Of a stretch of DNA of 32,000 bases, positions 27,372-32,000 are shown piece by piece. Location: contig JAPZAR010000024.1 of the NCBI GenBank assembly GCA_027460535.1, forward strand, positions 102,830-134,829, read 5' to 3'. A program made the position numbers and the translations under genes. Origin of the DNA: Candidatus Methanoperedens sp. GTDB lineage: Archaea; Halobacteriota; Methanosarcinia; Methanosarcinales; Methanoperedenaceae. The notes under the pieces are model-generated. The model was given only the letters and a program-made list of their open reading frames with translations, did no database searches and was not told the origin of the DNA. Within the stretch, counting starts at the first letter, position 1. Each line of letters starts with the position of its first letter.

Positions 27372-28535
27372 TAGAACACCGTTGACGTGGCACAATACGG
27401 GGTCTGGCGCGAATATGCCTTTATACTGTTTTGCCCTGAACCTGCAGCCTCCCCTGCATTCGCAAACCATTTCGCAATCACGGCAATCCAGTTTATCCAG
27501 CCCCCATAGATAAGCTCTGCACAGTTCATTCCAGGCTTTTCTTAAGTCGTTGACATCCCCCACTGGTTCATCATCAAAAAACCCGCATTTACTGACACTA
27601 CCGTCAGGGGAGACGGAACACAGATGCGAGCCGCAGGTGTAATCGCCAGTGCTTTCATGGGCTCCTCCCCCGAACCCGTATTTTAATAATGATGCCGCTT
27701 CATCCATATCGGGCATATAATCCGGGTTCTCTTCCAGATTCCCGACAATTGAGGGCACATCCACACTCCATGAAAGGATTTCCATTTCTGAAAAGAGCTT
27801 GTGCATCTCGTCGAATTCCCCTGTATTGTATCTATGAACCATCGTAGCGATCGAAACGGGTATGTTGAAACCGGAGAGTGCTGAAATCCCGGAGATGGCT
27901 TTATCAAAGGAACCTTTTCCACGCAAAATATCATGAGACCTGATGCCGTCAATACTCACCTGAACTTCGTGTACATATTCTGAAAGTTTTTTTGCCGTTT
28001 TCCTGTCTATTAAAGTCCCGTTTGAGAGAATCACTATCCTCAGTTCATGGGAACTCAGGGATTCCAGGAGTTCCCAGAACCTTGCATGCATCAAAGGTTC
28101 CCCGCCTGAGATCATGAGTTTCAGACCTCCCATTTCTTCAAACTGGGAGACTGCTTTTTCAAAAAGGCCGATTTCAATATCTTTATTTCCTGATCTTCCA
28201 AGATAGCAATGTTTGCATTTGAGATTGCATTTCTCGGTGATGTTCAAAAGAAGGTAACGCAGCGAAGGGTTTGGAGATTTGCTAACTTTTATTTTTCTCA
28301 CCCCCGCCGACATCAGAAGCATACCCTCGCTTTGCATGTATTCTATTGATTCTTTCTCACTTTCAGGGATAATTCTAGATGAGGAATGCTTGCCATCGCA
28401 TTTTTTCAAGAACTCAAATGCTTCTTCGTCCAGCTCATATAATTGATCTTCGGCTATGTTGTAAACATAAGGCGCTTCAAGCGACCTCAGCACAAAATCA
28501 GGTGAAAGAACAGGGAAGTACTCAGCCGAGGGCAT
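27360..28535 (-). CDS. radical SAM/SPASM-domain enzyme with an N-terminal PqqD-like (RRE-like) domain: putative peptide maturase
   Basis: The CNLKCKHC (CxxxCxxC) radical SAM cluster motif is present. The C-terminal CSVSPDGSVSKCG...CRDCEMVCECRGGC...C is a SPASM-type auxiliary-cluster region. The first ~85 aa (LYELDEEAFEFLKKCDGKHSSSRII...IEYMQSEGMLL) resemble PqqD/RiPP recognition elements. Confidence 0.8.
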   Translation of the reverse strand: MPSAEYFPVLSPDFVLRSLEAPYVYNIAEDQLYELDEEAFEFLKKCDGKHSSSRIIPESEKESIEYMQSEGMLLMSAGVRKIKVSKSPNPSLRYLLLNITEKCNLKCKHCYLGRSGNKDIEIGLFEKAVSQFEEMGGLKLMISGGEPLMHARFWELLESLSSHELRIVILSNGTLIDRKTAKKLSEYVHEVQVSIDGIRSHDILRGKGSFDKAISGISALSGFNIPVSIATMVHRYNTGEFDEMHKLFSEMEILSWSVDVPSIVGNLEENPDYMPDMDEAASLLKYGFGGGAHESTGDYTCGSHLCSVSPDGSVSKCGFFDDEPVGDVNDLRKAWNELCRAYLWGLDKLDCRDCEMVCECRGGCRFRAKQYKGIFAPDPVLCHVNGVLSYL

Positions 28536-28680
28536 CTCTAATCTCTTCCTGGGAAATTTTGCCGCTCTTCAGCATACTTTTTAAAACTTTAAATGCGGCA
28601 CATTCAAGCTCCATGTCATCTTCTTTGAAAAACTCGCAATGAGTGCAAATGAGCTCGACACAGGGATTCTTATTGGTCAT
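28522..28680 (-). CDS. 52-aa Cys-motif small protein (candidate substrate or accessory protein of the maturase)
   Basis: Below the track cutoff. My translation is MTNKNPCVELICTHCEFFKEDDMELECAAFKVLKSMLKSGKISQEEIRDALG. Its stop (TGA 28522-28524) lies inside the maturase gene, a 14-nt overlap. Confidence 0.5.
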   Translation of the reverse strand: MTNKNPCVELICTHCEFFKEDDMELECAAFKVLKSMLKSGKISQEEIRDALG

Positions 28681-28745
28681 CGGTTCACTTTAAACAGGTT
28701 ATTCCTTGATATCCTTAGGCATTTAGAGCAACGGCTATGCTTTTC

Positions 28746-28769
28746 AAAAAAAATGAAAGAAATCATTTT
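28746..28769 (-). terminator. hairpin plus T8 run immediately after the 21-aa peptide gene (candidate attenuator or terminator)
   Basis: The minus strand reads AAAATGA-TTTCTT-TCATTTT-TTTT, a 7-bp stem (plus-strand 28750-28756 / 28763-28769) running into eight T. Oligo-T tracts terminate archaeal transcription. Confidence 0.4.
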
Positions 28770-28773
28770 CTTT

Positions 28774-28839
28774 CTATGCGCATGAGGAATGACACTTGCA
28801 GGTTCCTTTTGCGATTTTCTTGAGTTTAAGAATCTTCAT
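28774..28839 (-). CDS. 21-aa Cys-rich peptide, candidate RiPP precursor
   Basis: Below the track cutoff. The minus strand reads GGAGGAAATTAC-ATG AAG ATT CTT AAA CTC AAG AAA ATC GCA AAA GGA ACC TGC AAG TGT CAT TCC TCA TGC GCA TAG, giving MKILKLKKIAKGTCKCHSSCA. It has a strong SD at ideal spacing and lies upstream of the rSAM/SPASM gene on the same strand. Confidence 0.45.
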   Translation of the reverse strand: MKILKLKKIAKGTCKCHSSCA

Positions 28840-28889
28840 GTAATTTCCTCCCATTGAATATTCGGATTGATTACTTATGTAGTTTATGG

Positions 28890-29522
28890 TCATATCCCCT
28901 CGATTTCCTGCGTTTTCCGAATCATCGATTTGCACACAGCCATTTCAGCCTGCGTGTTGACATTCAGCGCCAGTTCTTCATCTTCCAGGACGAGAACGAA
29001 TTCGTCCTGTTCCTCCCTTATCCTGTCCGCCTCAAGGATATTTATGCCGCAGGGAACCACAAACATATTGTTCTTGCGGAAAACAGTATCGGGGCGAAGA
29101 CCCAATCTGGTGCACACATCCAGTTTCATATTGACCGAAAGAGCTGGCTTTTTCATATATCCATGTTTTTCTATAATCCTGTCTATGAGCTCTGAAGTAA
29201 CAAGGGGCAGATCGGCCATTATGAAAAGCACGTGTCCCTTAATTTTGGCTTTTTCCACGGCTGAGACCATATCATTAACGAAACCACGGCCTGAGGTCGG
29301 GATTATCTCTATGTTCCCATGATTTTTCTTAAAATCGGAAAGCCATGAAACCGTTTCTTTGACCTTTGGTGAGGTTGCAACGAATATCCTGCCTATTTTT
29401 TTTGAGCCAAGAAGAGCTGAGAGGACATAATGGATCATCGGTTTCCCGCATAGATCGGTGAGAGGTTTCTCTTTCTCACCAAGCCTTTTCCCCATGCCGC
29501 CAGCCATCACTATTGCATCCAT
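28890..29522 (-). CDS. cobY: adenosylcobinamide-phosphate guanylyltransferase (archaeal CobY type)
   Basis: MDAIVMAGGMGKRLG is a nucleotidyltransferase N-terminus. The gene is ~200 aa, lies immediately downstream of cobS and overlaps it. Confidence 0.7.
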   Translation of the reverse strand: MDAIVMAGGMGKRLGEKEKPLTDLCGKPMIHYVLSALLGSKKIGRIFVATSPKVKETVSWLSDFKKNHGNIEIIPTSGRGFVNDMVSAVEKAKIKGHVLFIMADLPLVTSELIDRIIEKHGYMKKPALSVNMKLDVCTRLGLRPDTVFRKNNMFVVPCGINILEADRIREEQDEFVLVLEDEELALNVNTQAEMAVCKSMIRKTQEIEGI

Positions 29523-30268
29523 AAGACACCTGCAATGAAAAGCAAACAGGCAAGACGCCCTATTTCATTGGAAGCCCCCATGACATCCCCGCTTACCCCA
29601 CCAAAATGGCGGTTCGCGGTATTGAGGACAAGGAGCGCAGCAACCTGCGCAACTATCAATGATTCCAATCCCGGGACGCCAAGAAAAACGAAACAAACAA
29701 CTGCCGAAAACACCATTCCTATGACAAAATCCGAAAGTTTCGTGTTGTCAACCGACATCGCCCCGAAGCCTTCGTGTATTTTCCTGCCAAATGCCGCAAC
29801 CGTGACCATTGACTGTTTTGCGCTTGTCTCTGCCACGACCAGTGCCAGCGTAAAAACCACGGCACTACTTTCCAGAATGGAGAAAAGCGAAGAGAAAATC
29901 CCAAGAATCGCGATTATGCAAAATACGACACCTCCCGTGCCAACAGCAATATCACGCATTGCCCGGACCTTTTTTTCCCTCGTGCCGTGCGCTGCGATAC
30001 CGTCCCCGAAATCGGCCAGGCCATCGATATGATTGAACCCCGTGAGAAAGTAAATGGCTGTAATGACCACAAAGGAAGTCACCATCGGGGGAAATAATGC
30101 CGAGGATGCGAAACCTATCAGGGCAAGGATAATCCCGATGACCGCTCCCACGACGGGAAAGAAGTAAATGTGTTTCATGAGTTTCTCCACGCCTTCCTTG
30201 GTTATGCCTACCGGTATTGTGGTAAGGAAACCAAAACCGCTTCGGAGGGCAGAGAGCAGCTCACTCAT
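29510..30268 (-). CDS. cobS: adenosylcobinamide-GDP ribazoletransferase (cobalamin synthase)
   Basis: 252-aa polytopic ORF. FGFLTTIPVG and HIDGLADFGDG are CobS motifs. Confidence 0.85.
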   Translation of the reverse strand: MSELLSALRSGFGFLTTIPVGITKEGVEKLMKHIYFFPVVGAVIGIILALIGFASSALFPPMVTSFVVITAIYFLTGFNHIDGLADFGDGIAAHGTREKKVRAMRDIAVGTGGVVFCIIAILGIFSSLFSILESSAVVFTLALVVAETSAKQSMVTVAAFGRKIHEGFGAMSVDNTKLSDFVIGMVFSAVVCFVFLGVPGLESLIVAQVAALLVLNTANRHFGGVSGDVMGASNEIGRLACLLFIAGVLWMQ

Positions 30269-30846
30269 CCCGCGAACCCGCTCCGTCTTTTCCCGGGAAG
30301 TGCTTTCTTTGCCTTTCCTCCGTCATCTTTTCCTCGCGAGTACATGTTCGCTGAGGCTCCACCGATGAGCCCTGCTACAACATCGTCCATGAAAGGCCCG
30401 AGTTTTGATAAGATTCCCGGCTTTAACTTATCAAACCTGACGTATTCAAATATCCCCTTGTCGCCGCTGATATATTTTGCTATGCTCATTCCTATCACTT
30501 CATCCACTATCAGAAAGGTCAGGTCCTTTTTGAAGGTCTCTTTGCTCATGCCGGGAAGTTCCCCCTTCTCGCCCTCCTTTTCAAGGAGCAGGCCTGCATA
30601 AAGCAGTATGCACAGGTTTGGGTCGGAGAGCGCAAGCCTGAGTTCCCTTTTAAAGACCTGCTGCGCAATATCCTTGTTTTCGACCCCGGGATGGGGGACA
30701 TACAGCTCCATGGCTGCCGAGACCAGCACTTCTTCCGGGAGACCGGCGTCTTCAAGGACTTTCATGATGCCTTTCACATTATTATCTTCGACTTCCTCTG
30801 GCTGGTTCTTTTTCTTTTTTTCTTTCTTTATATCGGATAATTTCAT
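30265..30846 (-). CDS. cobZ: PgpA-like phosphatase, probable alpha-ribazole-5'-phosphate phosphatase CobZ
   Basis: FDKLKPGILSKLGPFMDDVVAGLIGG resembles the PgpA/CobZ C-terminal motif. It is the first gene of the operon with cobS and cobY, with a 4-nt overlap. AGGTGA precedes the ATG. Confidence 0.6.
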   Translation of the reverse strand: MKLSDIKKEKKKKNQPEEVEDNNVKGIMKVLEDAGLPEEVLVSAAMELYVPHPGVENKDIAQQVFKRELRLALSDPNLCILLYAGLLLEKEGEKGELPGMSKETFKKDLTFLIVDEVIGMSIAKYISGDKGIFEYVRFDKLKPGILSKLGPFMDDVVAGLIGGASANMYSRGKDDGGKAKKALPGKRRSGFAG

Positions 30847-30881
30847 TATTTCACCTGCTAACTTCTATTAGCAAAAATTCT

Positions 30882-31170
30882 GCTTTGAAACGTATTTAAA
30901 CTGCAGATAAAAGCACATAAATGCAGATGATTCTTAATGAAACTAATGCCGTTATCCTTTAGCTTTGAATTGAATTTTAACCGCAGATTGGCGCTATGAA
31001 ACGTATTTAAACCGCAGATGAACGCAGATAAACGCAGATGGTTTTTAATGAAACTGCTGTCATCATTTTTTTTCTTTGAAACCAATTTCAACCGCGAATT
31101 GATGCTTTGAGAAATATTCAACCGCATATCGGCGCTATAAAACGGTTTTAGTCCGCAGATGGGCGCAGAT
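30882..31170 (+). repeat. array of degenerate ~27-bp repeats ending in (C/T)GCAGAT
   Basis: Six units of consensus GCTTTGAAAnnTATTTAAACCGCAGAT lie at 30882-30908, 30962-30988, 30991-31019, 31073-31099, 31104-31129 and 31132-31160. A tandem CGCAGAT-GAA-CGCAGAT-AAA-CGCAGAT lies at 31013-31039. Further heptamers lie at 31164-31170, 31210-31216 and 31350-31356. Confidence 0.75.
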
Positions 31171-31219
31171 AAATAATGATAACATAAGTCGTTTCGGACA
31201 TTTTTTAACCGCAGATGAA

Positions 31220-31342
31220 CCTCCCGAGTCGCGCCTCGGGAGGGGGCATCCACGTCAACCGTTGCGCCAGTTGACGTCGCCCACACGTATGGTTTTGCCA
31301 TACGTGGAGATACGTGTCTATGCGTCACGGCGAGCATGACGC
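31220..31342. other. cluster of four consecutive GC-rich hairpins
   Basis: The stems are 31220-31228/31235-31243 (9 bp, CCTCCCGAG/CTCGGGAGG), 31252-31259/31270-31277 (8 bp, ACGTCAAC/GTTGACGT), 31284-31292/31298-31306 (9 bp, CACGTATGG/CCATACGTG) and 31322-31327/31337-31342 (6 bp, GCGTCA/TGACGC). They lie just downstream of the GxxExxY gene stop. Confidence 0.6.
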
Positions 31343-31401
31343 CGATAAACGCAGATGCGTATTGGACAATTCTGCGCATGTCAGCGGGTATATGTGGTTT
31401 T

Positions 31402-31797
31402 TTATATACCATTCACTATCCTCTTAATTTCAACTCTTGGCTTGCTGAAATTGATAAGCAAGCACAGTTTTAGACCCGTAATTCTAAGATAATTCAAGCA
31501 CTGTGCAATATGAATATCATCGAATTCCTTAACGGTTTTTAATTCAACTAAGATTTCATCCTCAACCAGAATATCCGCGATGTAATCGCCGACTAATTCA
31601 TTTTTGTAATATACCTTTAACGGCGCCTGCGGGAATGTTTTTAGCCCTTTCAGGTTAAGCTCCACCGACAGTGCATTTTCATAGACTTTTTCAAGAAAGC
31701 CAGCGCCAAGAATATTGCTTACTTCAAACGCCGCGCCAATAATCTTCTCTGATAATTGATTCAATCTATCTTCGTTCGCATTTACCTGGAGTGCCAT
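31402..31797 (-). CDS. GxxExxY protein (PD-(D/E)xK_3 family)
   Basis: 131-aa ORF. IIGAAFEVSNILGAGFLEKVYENAL carries the eponymous GxxExxY motif, and ...DILVEDEILVELKTV... is a D...ExK-like core. Confidence 0.8.
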   Translation of the reverse strand: MALQVNANEDRLNQLSEKIIGAAFEVSNILGAGFLEKVYENALSVELNLKGLKTFPQAPLKVYYKNELVGDYIADILVEDEILVELKTVKEFDDIHIAQCLNYLRITGLKLCLLINFSKPRVEIKRIVNGI

Positions 31798-31851
31798 ATT
31801 CTCAAAACCTTGATCTCATGCAACCATTTTCCATACTCACCGATTCATTAA

Positions 31852-31881
31852 ATCTGCGTTCATCTGCGTTTATCTGCGTTC
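31852..31881 (-). repeat. three tandem 10-mers containing ATCTGCG, the inverted counterpart of the CGCAGAT array
   Basis: The plus strand reads ATCTGCGTTC ATCTGCGTTT ATCTGCGTTC. Its reverse complement, CGCAGAT-AAA-CGCAGAT-GAA-CGCAGAT, matches 31013-31039 apart from swapped spacers. Confidence 0.8.
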
Positions 31882-32000
31882 GTATATACAACATCCATGC
31901 GAGAAATATAAAAACGTTCTTGCACCTACATAAAAGTAGGTCGAGAGGGTAACAAACATTGCGTTTGGGATCCGTTCCCGTAGATTAACCTGTTGCCCTC

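Noticed and set aside
28774-28776. Possible pyrrolysine read-through of the TAG ending the 21-aa peptide ORF
   Set aside because: This is pure speculation. No pyl genes are visible in the window, and the read-through tail (KENDFFHFF) has no supporting feature.
30882-31356. Possible CRISPR array
   Set aside because: The repeat units are degenerate, irregularly spaced (27 to 80 bp) and partly tandem with 3-nt spacers. There are no unique spacers of constant length and no cas genes.
30847-31400. Cobalamin riboswitch upstream of the cobZ-cobS-cobY operon
   Set aside because: I could not find a B12-box-like element. Riboswitches are also not expected in this archaeal lineage. The structure seen here is better explained by the repeat and hairpin element.
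30858-31412. 184-aa minus-strand ORF covering the CGCAGAT repeat array and the hairpin cluster
   Set aside because: Its sequence is a read-through of the DNA repeats, with recurring ICGLNTF / SADMRL-type peptides. It has no SD and overlaps non-coding-looking hairpins, so it is most likely a repeat artefact rather than a gene.

Overview
The window looks like a chromosomal segment of a Methanosarcinales-like archaeon. Supporting markers are the F420 gamma-glutamyl ligase CofE, the archaeal cobZ-cobS-cobY cobamide-salvage operon, an archaeal-type TrpRS and a group II intron remnant. The backbone is housekeeping: tyrA (partial), aroE, arcC, an NDP-sugar pyrophosphorylase, rpiA, an ABC ATPase, an APC permease, trpS, a ClpP-fold protease, an MgtC/DUF4010 protein, gpmI, an FKBP, cofE, an HD hydrolase and a GNAT. 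Several visibly AT-rich or repeat-rich accessory segments interrupt it. (1) 5247-7739 is a 2.5-kb AT-rich insertion bounded by perfect 18-bp direct repeats. It carries a coupled operon of an unrecognisable 357-aa protein and a 371-aa protein with a PD-(D/E)xK-like nuclease motif, and is my top candidate for an undescribed defence or selfish system. (2) 27360-28839 is a RiPP-like locus appended to the cob operon. It has a 21-aa Cys-rich peptide gene with a strong SD that is absent from the ORF track, a hairpin plus T8, a 52-aa Cys-motif protein, and a radical SAM/SPASM enzyme with an N-terminal PqqD-like domain. (3) 9640-12860 is an AT-rich island. It holds an RHH-fusion protein with four spaced ATACGTAT palindromes around its promoter, a small 2-TM protein, a GIY-YIG-like protein, a membrane protein with a 19-bp tandem duplication at its start, and a group II intron domain V/VI remnant. 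(4) 30882-31881 is a GxxExxY (PD-(D/E)xK-like) gene flanked by inverted arrays of CGCAGAT-containing repeats and followed by four GC-rich hairpins. I saw no rRNA, tRNA or CRISPR array. All functional calls come from motif recognition by eye, with no database search.
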